Shown here: positions 1-6,356 of the stretch, piece after piece
Numbering within the stretch: position 1 is the first letter of the stretch
Layout of the letters: each line of letters starts with the position of its first letter
Assembly: GCA_032249095.1 (NCBI GenBank)
Contig: JAVVGN010000079.1
Location: 1-8,228 of the forward strand
Origin: Candidatus Caldarchaeales archaeon
Lineage (GTDB): Archaea; Thermoproteota; Nitrososphaeria_A; Caldarchaeales; Calditenuaceae
Direction: 5' to 3'
Length of the DNA stretch: 8,228 nucleotides
Program-made: the position numbers and the translations under genes
The notes under the pieces: model-generated
What the model was told of the DNA's origin: nothing
Databases searched by the model: none
The model's input: the letters and a program-made list of their open reading frames with translations, nothing else

Positions 1-196
1 TATAACCTAGGGAGAAGAGATATCTGATAACGGCGAGGAACCTGACATAGCTCTCGGCTATCCTGTAAGGCCTCCCCCTCTTCTTCCAGTTCATTCTGAC
101 GAGCTCGTCCCGGTAACCCCTCACGAAATCTAGATCCATAATAAGCATGCCACGCTTAATAAGCCTCTCATCGACCCTCTCCCAGTAGCTCATCAT
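1..196 (-). CDS. DDE transposase, IS5-family-like; N-terminal part only, the gene runs off the left edge
   Basis: Hand translation of the minus strand from ATG 196-194 (also ATG 193-191 and 139-137) gives MMSYWERVDERLIKRGMLIMDLDFVRGYRDELVRMNWKKRGRPYRIAESYVRFLAVIRYLFSLGY..., open to position 1. The pattern W-x-x-V-D-x-x-L-x-x-RG ... KRGRPY-x4-S-x-V-x-FL-x-x-IR-x-x-F matches the conserved N-terminus of IS5-type transposases as I remember it. It is absent from the supplied ORF track because it has no stop codon inside the window. A TATA-like CTATATCC lies on the minus strand at about 238-247. Confidence 0.55.
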   Translation of the reverse strand, partial: MMSYWERVDERLIKRGMLIMDLDFVRGYRDELVRMNWKKRGRPYRIAESYVRFLAVIRYLFSLGY

Positions 197-326
197 GGGA
201 GAGGAATAGAAGCATGGCAATAGGCCTTGAGGCGAAAGGATATAGGGAATCTGAGACGAGAGCCGAAAACGTCACAGGAATAACCAAAAGGTAGCCGAAG
301 AGAGACGAAAGAGCCCAGGAATTAAG
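1..326. mobile_element. Putative end of an insertion sequence; the inner boundary somewhere in 250-330 is not defined
   Basis: It contains the transposase 5' end and its probable promoter. It lies in the low-GC left part of the window (one 60-nt line hand-counted, 421-480, about 45 percent). It abuts a truncated gene remnant starting at 327. The terminal inverted repeat cannot be identified because the other end is outside the window. Confidence 0.3.
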
Positions 327-527
327 CCACAAGGCATGGTGAGCGAAGAATTGATAAGAGAGCGATGGCTGGTCTCGTCGAGGACTGACGAGCATATTGA
401 CCGGCTTGCCAAAATCATGGAGCTGGGATTCAACCACGTAGAAATAGTCGATATAAGCCCTGACCACAGGAGCTTTATAAAATTCTATAAAGAAAAAATA
501 TTGCCCTACTTTGCCGGCAAGGACTAA
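327..527 (+). pseudogene. C-terminal remnant (about 65 codons) of a luciferase-like (LLM / F420-dependent type) oxidoreductase
   Basis: The frame opens right after a TAA at 324-326. The translation ...SEELIRERWLVSSRTDEHIDRLAKIMELGFNHVEIVDISPDHRSFIKFYKEKILPYFAGKD resembles the characteristic LLM C-terminus (lvG-tpeev-erl-el-e-G-d-v-l ... f-eeVlP-f). At 63 aa it is far too short to be a complete enzyme, and no upstream part is present. Confidence 0.4.
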
Positions 528-782
528 TTAATCCCACAAAAATCTTCCACGATTTTGATACCGAAGCGGCGGCGTCAAGGATAAGTGGTGTGCTCAATGC
601 ATGGGTGGCGTGTCTCGATGCCAGGACGAAACTGTGGGTGGCCCTGGGCTAAGCTTCTCCTCACGCCAGCCTGTTTCAAAGCCGCTGAGTTAGGCGCCGA
701 GGCCCCCGTCGGCCTGTCTTAAGGGCCTTCAGGCAAGGCCAGAGCAAAGGTGGTAAAGGTCTAAAAGTAGGAAAGCGATGAA

Positions 783-790
783 GTAATAAC
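783..790 (+). promoter_or_regulatory. Possible TATA-like box for tRNA-Glu
   Basis: GTAATAAC is centred about 27 nt upstream of the tRNA 5' end at 813. The match is weak. Confidence 0.25.
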
Positions 791-812
791 CGGGCCCGAG
801 ACAAGTAGTGGG

Positions 813-887
813 GCTCCGGTAGTATAGTCCGGTCAAGTATGCGGGCCTCTCGAGCCCGAGACCCGGGTTCAAATCCCGGCCGGAGCA
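813..887 (+). tRNA. tRNA-Glu, anticodon CUC
   Basis: I folded the cloverleaf by hand. The acceptor is GCTCCGG/CCGGAGC with discriminator A887. The D arm is GTAT-AGTCCGGTCAA-GTAT. The anticodon stem is CGGGC/GCCCG with loop CTCTCGA (anticodon 849-851 CTC). The variable region is AGAC. The T arm is CCGGG-TTCAAAT-CCCGG. Length is 75 nt, with no intron and no encoded CCA. Confidence 0.93.
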
Positions 888-978
888 CATTTAGTTATCG
901 CTTGACCGCGGCTGCTGCTTGGCCAGCTATCAGGTAGCGCTTGAAGAGTGGATTTCTTAAGCGTAGTGTCCATAATGC

Positions 979-987
979 TTAAATAAT
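979..987 (+). promoter_or_regulatory. TATA box for the amidotransferase-like gene; the spacing implies a leaderless mRNA
   Basis: TTAAATAAT is centred about 26 nt upstream of ATG 1009. The following T-rich tracts (986-1000) could also terminate the tRNA-Glu transcript. Confidence 0.4.
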
Positions 988-1008
988 TTTTGTCTTTTTG
1001 TCTGTGTT

Positions 1009-1893
1009 ATGTGCCGGATGCTGGCGGCTCGTTTCGTTGCTGGCGCCTCGGAGGTGGCTGGGGAGCTCCTCGGCTGCTTTGCTGAGGCTTCAAGAAGCGA
1101 CCCATACCTGGCGGCGATAGCTGGTGACGGGAGGCATTGCCACGGCTATGGATACGTCGCGGCTTTGAGGCGGGGCCGGGCTTGGCGCCTGATGCATGAG
1201 AGATTCGATGCCGAGCCAGTCCTAGCTGGGGAGGAGGCCTGCGCGGCAAACCTCGAGGCTCTGGACGAGGCGGTCAAGAGGCTGTCAGGGATTCTCGAGG
1301 CCGGCTGGGACGAGGCTGCGATCCTGCTTCACTCGAGGCGGACGCGGGGCGAGCCGAGGGGGCAGGTGGCTGCACACCCCTTCAGGGAGGAGGTCACTCT
1401 GTCCACCGAGCGTGGGGCGGAGGTCTCCGAGCTCTACCTCTCCCACAACGGTGGGGTCGAGAAGGCGAGGCTGGCCGAGCTCATAGGGCTGGGAGATAGC
1501 AGCATCTACACGGACTCGCACGTATTTCTCAAGTACCTGGCCCGGCGGCTTGAGGGCGCCCACTATCTCGATGCTCCGAGCGCGATTGCGAGTGTGGTGG
1601 CTGAATCCAAGCCCTACGTGAAGTCCGCTCTCGACATATGCATCCTCCTAAACGTCCCCTCGGCTGGTCCTATGCTCGCCGCGGCTGCATACGTCGCGGG
1701 GAAGGATGATCCACGCCGATGGAGGTACTACGAGCCTGTCCTGGTGGAGACGGAGGGCCTCGCGGGATACGTCTCGAGCACGGTGAGAGATCTGGCGAGG
1801 AGCAGGGGGCTTAGGCTGAGGTTCGTGGATGGTAGGGACGGTTTCTTGGCGGTCCTGAACCCTGGGAGGCTCGAGATACGCGAACTATTCTAG
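1009..1893 (+). CDS. Class-II (Ntn-type) glutamine amidotransferase domain protein, YafJ-like
   Basis: The N-terminus MCRML places the nucleophilic Cys at position 2. Family-typical blocks appear in order: HGYGY, HSRRTRGEPRGQVAAHPF (H-x-R-x-x-x-G ... HPF), LSHNGGV (HNG) and TDSHVFLKYL (DSE-like). The ORF is 294 aa with high third-position GC. Confidence 0.8.
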   Translation: MCRMLAARFVAGASEVAGELLGCFAEASRSDPYLAAIAGDGRHCHGYGYVAALRRGRAWRLMHERFDAEPVLAGEEACAANLEALDEAVKRLSGILEAGWDEAAILLHSRRTRGEPRGQVAAHPFREEVTLSTERGAEVSELYLSHNGGVEKARLAELIGLGDSSIYTDSHVFLKYLARRLEGAHYLDAPSAIASVVAESKPYVKSALDICILLNVPSAGPMLAAAAYVAGKDDPRRWRYYEPVLVETEGLAGYVSSTVRDLARSRGLRLRFVDGRDGFLAVLNPGRLEIRELF

Positions 1894-1912
1894 GGACAGG
1901 GCATCCCCCGTC

Positions 1913-1925
1913 TAAATACTAAATA
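1913..1925 (+). promoter_or_regulatory. TATA-like box for the MFS transporter gene
   Basis: TAAATACTAAATA is centred about 32 nt upstream of ATG 1951, in the 57-nt intergenic gap. Confidence 0.35.
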
Positions 1926-1950
1926 GCCCGCGGGCTCACTCGCTCCTCGA

Positions 1951-3099
1951 ATGGTTTCGGCCGGGCTCCGGGCTGTGCTGCTTATCGGCGTCATCAGCAT
2001 GCTGGGCGACTTCATCTATGAGGGCGGCAGGTCTGTCCTCCCAGACTATATGCGTCAGCTGGGGATGAGCCTGGCCTTGGTGGGGACGCTGCTCGGGCTC
2101 GCGGAGCTCGCCGGCTGGCTCTCGAGGCCGCTCGGAGGCCTGCTAGTAGATGCGACCGGTAGATACAGGGGGATGGTTAGGATAGGATATGGAGGACTCA
2201 TAGTCGTGCCGCTCATCGGCCTCACGGACAGCTGGCTCGGCGTGTCTGTGCTGGCGTTCGCCGAGAGGATCTTCAGGGGGATGCGGTCCCCGCCGAGGGA
2301 TGCGCTGCTCTCCGGCCTCAGGAGGGAGGTCGGCCTGGGAACAGCGTTCGGGATACACGAGCTCCTCGACCAGGTCGGGGCGACGGCCGGCCCCCTCGTC
2401 GCGCTACTGCTCACCATCCTCTTCCGTGAGACGAGGCAAGTCTTTCTCTGGCTTTTCATACCGTATCTCCTGCTACTGCCGGTACTCGCGAAGGTGCCGG
2501 AGTACCGCGCGTCAGAGCGCGCGTACTCTGTGGAGAGGCCGAGTCGCAGACTCCTCCTCTACTCAGCTGCCGCTGGGCTCAACGCGGCGGGGCTTCTACC
2601 ACTCCCGGTGCTGCTCTTCCTAGTTTCGGAGGAGGCCGGGGCGGGCTCCTGGCTTGTTCCCGCGGCTTACACGATAGCAATGGTGGTTGATGCCGCCGCG
2701 GCGCTCCTCTTTGGAAGGGCTTTCGACAGACTGGGGCCTAGGGTCCTGCTCGCCGCTGTCGCGCTGGCCGTTGCGCCTTCCCTACTTCTTTGGCGGAGCG
2801 TTGGGCTCCTTTTGCTGGCCGCCCTGCTCGTCGGAGTCGTCATGGGGGCTCAGGAGTCGGTATTCAGGGCCATGGTGGCTCATATAGCGGGCGGTAGATC
2901 CCTCGGGGCCGCCTACGCCACGTATGGCCTGGTCCTCGGAGCAGGCTACGCCTTAGCAGGCCTCGCCTTCGGCCTCATGGCCGACCTAAACCTCGGCATC
3001 CCCTACTACGCCTCCTACTCTGCTGCTATGCAGGCGGCGTCGCTCACGGTACTACTCAACTCGCAAAGAAGTAGCAAGGGTGATTCTGGAGCAGTCTAA
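1951..3099 (+). CDS. Major facilitator superfamily (MFS) transporter
   Basis: The 382-aa protein is very hydrophobic with roughly 10-12 predicted helices. It has an MFS loop 2-3 type motif, GGLLVDATGRYRG (G-x-L-x-D-x-x-GR), and the typical two-halves layout with a charged central loop (PEYRASERAYSVERPSRR). Confidence 0.8.
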   Translation: MVSAGLRAVLLIGVISMLGDFIYEGGRSVLPDYMRQLGMSLALVGTLLGLAELAGWLSRPLGGLLVDATGRYRGMVRIGYGGLIVVPLIGLTDSWLGVSVLAFAERIFRGMRSPPRDALLSGLRREVGLGTAFGIHELLDQVGATAGPLVALLLTILFRETRQVFLWLFIPYLLLLPVLAKVPEYRASERAYSVERPSRRLLLYSAAAGLNAAGLLPLPVLLFLVSEEAGAGSWLVPAAYTIAMVVDAAAALLFGRAFDRLGPRVLLAAVALAVAPSLLLWRSVGLLLLAALLVGVVMGAQESVFRAMVAHIAGGRSLGAAYATYGLVLGAGYALAGLAFGLMADLNLGIPYYASYSAAMQAASLTVLLNSQRSSKGDSGAV

Positions 3100-3116
3100 G
3101 GGTTTAGGGGTCGCCG

Positions 3117-3614
3117 TCAGTCAGGAAATCCTCCGACACAGCCACAGTATCCATACTCGTCTATCCTAGAGTCGCAGATGCTGCACAGCTCTTCGTAATA
3201 GAGCACTTCCTCACCCCTTTTCCCCCACACGGCAACATGAGGGTCAAGCAAAGCCCAAGAAAACTTCTCGGCCCCTCCTCCTGCTATAGCGAGGGCTCGC
3301 CTCGCGTATTCCAAGCCCAGCCGCTCTATTAGCGAGAGCAGCGTCCTATCCTCTCTCACCTTAGGAGCCTTGGAGAAGAGACGAGATGCAATCTTCCAAA
3401 CGGTCTGTGAGTCTATGGGGCTGATCCTTGACGCCAGTTCAGCGATAAGCTCTGCATTCTTGACCCAGAGTATGTTGATTAGTGTGTCAAGCTCGTGGAT
3501 TCTTTGGTCCTCCCTATTTCTCCTAGCAATGAGGAGGTCTCTGAAAAATGAATTGATAGCGAGCTTGGTGAGCGAGATCTTATCGACCAAATGTAAGGCT
3601 TCAGAGACGCTCAA
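3117..3614 (-). CDS. Hypothetical protein with a C-terminal Cys cluster (CSIC-x9-CGC)
   Basis: The ORF is 165 codons and is mostly predicted helical by eye. It ends with ...YYEELCSICDSRIDEYGYCGCVGGFPD. The only start candidates are TTG (3614 and 3590), and the ORF contains no ATG codon at all. I recognise no family. Sampled 60-nt lines across 3121-3540 hand-count to about 47-60 percent GC, lower than the flanking genes. Confidence 0.45.
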   Translation of the reverse strand: MSVSEALHLVDKISLTKLAINSFFRDLLIARRNREDQRIHELDTLINILWVKNAELIAELASRISPIDSQTVWKIASRLFSKAPKVREDRTLLSLIERLGLEYARRALAIAGGGAEKFSWALLDPHVAVWGKRGEEVLYYEELCSICDSRIDEYGYCGCVGGFPD

Positions 3615-3698
3615 ATCCGTAAAGCCTCATCACCCAGCTGACTTAAGTCTTTACACACCACCAACAACAGGGTTGAAAGGACGTAGAGTTATGACGTT

Positions 3699-3920
3699 TT
3701 ATGAGTCTATCATTAGCCCCAGGCCTATCAACCCAAGACCTAGGAGGAAGCAAAGGGTTAACCCCCTCCCACTCATCATCACTAAGCTCACAAAACCCAC
3801 AAGACCCCATGCTCTGAGGGGCTTAAATAGTTTGGAGACGCGTTCATACATAGGCTTCACCATCAGGAGAAAGCAAAAAGCGCCTAAAAGAATCATAGAG
3901 GAACAAACCCCTCCTACCAA
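3699..3920 (-). CDS. Small hypothetical membrane protein (65-73 aa, 2-3 hydrophobic segments)
   Basis: Translation: MVGGVCSSMILLGAFCFLLMVKPMYERVSKLFKPLRAWGLVGFVSLVMMSGRGLTLCFLLGLGLIGLGLMIDS. The first start candidate at 3920 is TTG. An in-frame ATG at 3896 is preceded by GGAGGGG. The opposite-strand ORF 3370..3957 is low-complexity P/R/K/T-rich and looks like its antisense shadow. Confidence 0.35.
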   Translation of the reverse strand: MVGGVCSSMILLGAFCFLLMVKPMYERVSKLFKPLRAWGLVGFVSLVMMSGRGLTLCFLLGLGLIGLGLMIDS

Positions 3921-3971
3921 CTATCTCCCCCAACAAACTCCTCAGGCACGACTCTAACAATTAACTAATAT

Positions 3972-4044
3972 TGGGGCCGGCCGGATTTGAACCGGCGACC
4001 TCCGCCGTGTAAGGGCGGCGTCATAACCGCTAGACCACGGCCCC
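3972..4044 (-). tRNA. tRNA-Val, anticodon UAC
   Basis: The reverse complement folds as GGGGCCG-TG-GTCT-AGCGGTTA-TGAC-G-CCGCC-CTTACAC-GGCGG-AGGTC-GCCGG-TTCAAAT-CCGGC-CGGCCCC-A. The anticodon is TAC. Length is 73 nt, with no intron and no encoded CCA. Confidence 0.93.
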
Positions 4045-4072
4045 TCCACGGACTCGTCTCCCTCGAGCCAGG

Positions 4073-4079
4073 AAAAAAA
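4073..4079 (-). terminator. Oligo-T tract (T7 on the minus strand), a likely terminator of the tfe-trm56 transcript; it may also be the A/T box of the tRNA-Val promoter
   Basis: A7 on the plus strand equals T7 on the minus strand. It lies 17-23 nt downstream of the trm56 stop codon (4098-4096) and 29-35 nt upstream of the tRNA-Val 5' end (4044). Archaeal terminators are typically oligo-T. Confidence 0.35.
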
Positions 4080-4095
4080 CGTATTGGAAGCCCAT

Positions 4096-4653
4096 CTATG
4101 TGTCTCCGCTGGTGCTGCCTCGCGGTTTTCTGAGCTTTCCATGCCTGCTTGGCACTATTGAGATCTTGGCGTCGGGGTAGGCCCTGTCGAGCTCCTTTCC
4201 GCCGTGGATCCAGTCGAGGGCTACGGCTAGGGCCGCGACCTCGCTGTGGGGCTGGTTGGTCACGGCCACGTTCAGGTCCGCCAGCTCATAGACCTCTAGC
4301 GGGACCTTTGAGGACCCCACGACCAGGACCAGGCCCCGGCTCCGGTGCGCCTCCCTCAGCTCCTCGATTACGTGCTGCAGCCCCAAACCATACATGGTCA
4401 GGTGGACGACCATCTCTCCCGCCGCCTTTCTCTGCCTCATGAAGCCGGCCCAGTCCGGAGTGTAGCTCGTCTTGAAGGAGCCGCCCCACTTCTCAACAAC
4501 CCTGGCTACGCTATCGATGAGGCCGGGGTCGTAGTCTCCGGAGAAGACTATCTCGTCGGCTCCGAGAGCCCTGGCTGTGAGGGCCACGTGGGTCGAGATC
4601 CTCTGGTCCCTCTCTATCCTGTGCCCCAGCCTCAGGACCGTTATCCGTCCCAA
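4096..4653 (-). CDS. trm56: tRNA (cytidine56-2'-O)-methyltransferase aTrm56 (SPOUT class)
   Basis: The family blocks are strong: VLRLGHRIERDQRISTHVALTARALGA, WGGSF, VVHLTMYG, VVGSSKVPLEVYELADLNVAVTNQPHSEVAALAVALD and IVPSRHGK. Length is 185 aa. The start is TTG at 4653, the only start-like codon between the upstream in-frame stop (4689-4687) and the conserved N-terminal block. Confidence 0.88.
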   Translation of the reverse strand: MGRITVLRLGHRIERDQRISTHVALTARALGADEIVFSGDYDPGLIDSVARVVEKWGGSFKTSYTPDWAGFMRQRKAAGEMVVHLTMYGLGLQHVIEELREAHRSRGLVLVVGSSKVPLEVYELADLNVAVTNQPHSEVAALAVALDWIHGGKELDRAYPDAKISIVPSRHGKLRKPRGSTSGDT

Positions 4654-4669
4654 CCTTCTTCGGCGAAAC

Positions 4670-5176
4670 CTACTGGAGTAGCCTGTTTATTTCGCTTAGC
4701 TTCTCGTCGATAGTCTTGATGAGTTCCGTGGGGTCGTATGACATGAGCTGGCCTCCGCATCCCGGGCACTTGAAGAACTTGTCGAGCGCCTCGTCGAAGG
4801 TGTATTTCCTGCACCCCGCGTTGCCGCACCAGTAGAGCTGGTTTGACTCGTAATGCTTCCTAAGCATCTGGAGCCTGTCAGCTATCCTCTTCAGCTGGGT
4901 CTTGACGAAGCCCTGTATCTGCTCCTGCTGCAGCCTCCACCTGAAGACCCTCTTATTCAGCTCCTTATCGATCACGATGTCGTAGGTGAGCAGAGAGAAC
5001 TCGCTGAGCTGGTGGAGGATCTTCCTCACCCTCTTGACGTCCATCTGGAGCTCCGCGGCTAGGTCGTCCTCCCGCATGCCAGACTTCTCTAGCAGCTTTT
5101 TCGCCAGCTCCTCGGCCTCAGGCCCACCCACGAGCCGGAAAACCGCGAGGATCCCAGCCTCATCGATATAGAACAT
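4670..5176 (-). CDS. tfe: Transcription factor E (TFE-alpha, archaeal TFIIE-alpha homolog)
   Basis: The 168-aa protein has an N-terminal winged-helix region (EELAKKLLEKSGMREDDLAAELQMDVKRVRKILHQLSEFSLL). This is followed by a zinc-ribbon CGNAGC-x17-CPGC and a C-terminal helix. The ATG at 5176 is preceded by GGAGG (5187-5183) with a 6-nt spacer. Confidence 0.85.
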   Translation of the reverse strand: MFYIDEAGILAVFRLVGGPEAEELAKKLLEKSGMREDDLAAELQMDVKRVRKILHQLSEFSLLTYDIVIDKELNKRVFRWRLQQEQIQGFVKTQLKRIADRLQMLRKHYESNQLYWCGNAGCRKYTFDEALDKFFKCPGCGGQLMSYDPTELIKTIDEKLSEINRLLQ

Positions 5177-5210
5177 GTCGGACCTCCACCTCTAGTACCT
5201 ACTCGCCGCC

Positions 5211-5223
5211 AATTATATGATAA
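5211..5223 (-). promoter_or_regulatory. TATA box candidate for tfe
   Basis: The minus strand reads TTATCATATAATT, about 35-47 nt upstream of the tfe ATG, in the divergent intergenic region. Confidence 0.4.
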
Positions 5224-5274
5224 CTTGAAGACCTCCCATAGTAGCCTCGCAAGCAGAAATAGTCGCCCCTAAGG

Positions 5275-5284
5275 ATATTTAAAG
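5275..5284 (+). promoter_or_regulatory. TATA box candidate for the ABC-like operon
   Basis: ATATTTAAAG is a near-consensus archaeal TATA. The predicted transcription start is near 5305, upstream of all three candidate start codons (GTG 5325, ATG 5376, ATG 5433). Confidence 0.45.
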
Positions 5285-5324
5285 CCTTATTTGGACACTA
5301 TCTCCTCTCCTGACTCGCGGGCCC

Positions 5325-6356
5325 GTGGAAGGCCGAGCGGCTAGGCGCCGCCGCCTTCCTCCACTGCTTTCTTATATGAGAGTCCACTCGCCTCTATCGT
5401 GGATCTGGGTCTTGGCGGGCATAGCGGCCATAATGGCTAATGGCTTGGAGTATCGCGAGGGGCGGCTCCAGGTCCTGCGGGGATTGAGCCTCATGCTGTT
5501 CAAGGGCGAGGTCGCGGCCCTGCTAGGCTATCCCGAGGCTGAGGCGCTTCTGGGGCTATTGGCCGGCGTCCGGAGGCCGGCTGCGGGGGGCGTCAGGGTT
5601 CTCGACCTAGACCCCTACGAGGAGAGGGCGGCCCTGTCAAGACGTCTGGGCTACCTTCCGCCAGACCCCTGGCTGCCGGAGTGGGCTAGGGTTAGGAGGC
5701 TGGCGGAGATGGTTGGGGCGAGGGGCGGCTTGAGGCCCGGCGAGGCGGCTGAACGGATGAGGAATCTGCTGGCCAGGATGGGCATGAAGGATAGGCTCGA
5801 GCGGAAGGTCTCCGAGCTGAGCACCGAGGATAGGGCCCTCGCGGCAACCCTCCTAACCCTCCTCCCAGACCCCGAGGTCCTCCTCCTCTCAAGCCCCCTG
5901 AAAATGCTGGGGCCTCTGGCGAGGTCTGAGCTGGCCAGCCTCTTCAGCGAGTACGCCTCGAGGGATAAGGCCCTAGTCTTCTCCGCCTCCTCGATCGAGG
6001 AGGCCGACTTCGCGTCCCGGGTGGTCCTGCTGGCCGATGGGAGGGTCGCGGCTTCAGGGCCTCTCAGCGAGCTGCTCAAGACGATAGGCGCGGAGCATTA
6101 TGTCGTCCTACGATCCCTAGACACGCAGAGGATAGTTGACTACATCGGTAAGATGCCCCAGGTAAAGATGTTTTCCGTGAGTAGGGGTGGGGCCGTGAGG
6201 GTTTGGCTCAACGACTTCGAGCACGACCTCCCAGTAGTCCTAGACCTCCTAGTCTCTCTCGGAATCGGTTTGGATAGGGTTGAGGTTGGCCGCCTAGCGG
6301 CTCGGGAGGCCCTGCTAAACTACATCCGGAGGAGAGCGGGGAGTGATAGGCTATGA
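5325..6356 (+). CDS. ABC-2 (DrrA/CcmA-type) ATPase homolog with all catalytic motifs degenerate; probably non-catalytic
   Basis: The full-length ABC ATPase architecture plus a DUF4162-like C-terminal domain is recognisable by eye, but the Walker A, Q-loop, signature, Walker B, D-loop and H-loop residues are all replaced (see findings). The homologous region begins at MANGLEY (ATG 5433), so the true start may be 5433 or 5376 rather than GTG 5325. Confidence 0.72.
   Translation: MEGRAARRRRLPPLLSYMRVHSPLSWIWVLAGIAAIMANGLEYREGRLQVLRGLSLMLFKGEVAALLGYPEAEALLGLLAGVRRPAAGGVRVLDLDPYEERAALSRRLGYLPPDPWLPEWARVRRLAEMVGARGGLRPGEAAERMRNLLARMGMKDRLERKVSELSTEDRALAATLLTLLPDPEVLLLSSPLKMLGPLARSELASLFSEYASRDKALVFSASSIEEADFASRVVLLADGRVAASGPLSELLKTIGAEHYVVLRSLDTQRIVDYIGKMPQVKMFSVSRGGAVRVWLNDFEHDLPVVLDLLVSLGIGLDRVEVGRLAAREALLNYIRRRAGSDRL

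Noticed and set aside
168-467. A 99-aa minus-strand ORF.
   Set aside because: It is in a different frame from the transposase-like N-terminus and antisense to the LLM remnant. I recognise no motifs and see no sensible start context.
598-723. A 41-codon plus-strand ORF (MHGWRVSMPGRNCGWPWAKLLL...).
   Set aside because: It has no promoter or SD context and no recognisable motif, and its composition is like the surrounding non-coding DNA.
676-888. A 70-aa minus-strand ORF.
   Set aside because: It runs antisense straight through tRNA-Glu (813-887). The translation is R/P-rich and has no start context.
1007-3099. The track lists several ORFs overlapping the amidotransferase-like and MFS genes: 1007..1249(-), 1285..1563(-), 2055..2459(-), 2143..2358(-), 2300..2623(+) and 2687..2887(+).
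   Set aside because: They lie antisense to, or out of frame with, ORFs that have clear family motifs. Their translations are low-complexity and R/P/S/G-rich, as expected for shadow frames in about 65-70 percent GC DNA where stop codons are rare.
3480-3530. An R-x5-H motif (REDQRIH) in the 165-aa ORF, considered as a possible HEPN nuclease signature.
   Set aside because: It is a single short motif near the N-terminus, without the usual R-N-x-x-x-H context or a partner antitoxin or nucleotidyltransferase gene. That is far too weak.
3370-3957. A 195-aa plus-strand ORF spanning the tRNA-Val-linked cassette.
   Set aside because: It lies antisense to both minus-strand ORFs and crosses their intergenic gap. 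Its second half is low-complexity P/T/R/K-rich. The minus-strand reading gives coherent hydrophobic helices instead.
3109-4000. An 8-nt inverted match, GGTCGCCG (3109-3116) versus CGGCGACC (3993-4000, inside the tRNA-Val T-arm region), brackets the low-GC cassette. I considered it as a possible att pair.
   Set aside because: Integration att sites are direct repeats, not inverted ones. Eight nt is within chance expectation, and I found no longer direct copy of the tRNA 3' half near 3100.
3954-4142. A 62-aa minus-strand ORF reading through tRNA-Val, considered as a possible partitioned SSV-type integrase fragment (Int-N/Int-C).
   Set aside because: It starts inside the 3' end of trm56, so its upstream part is chromosomal. 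It stops 18 nt after the tRNA 3' end. There are no tyrosine-recombinase motifs anywhere in 3100-3970.
4149-5171. The track lists several ORFs overlapping trm56 and tfe: 4149..4442(+), 4286..4489(-), 4345..4713(+), 4641..4829(-), 4853..5062(+) and 4986..5171(+).
   Set aside because: They overlap two confidently identified genes and have P/R/G-rich or otherwise unstructured translations. These are shadow ORFs.
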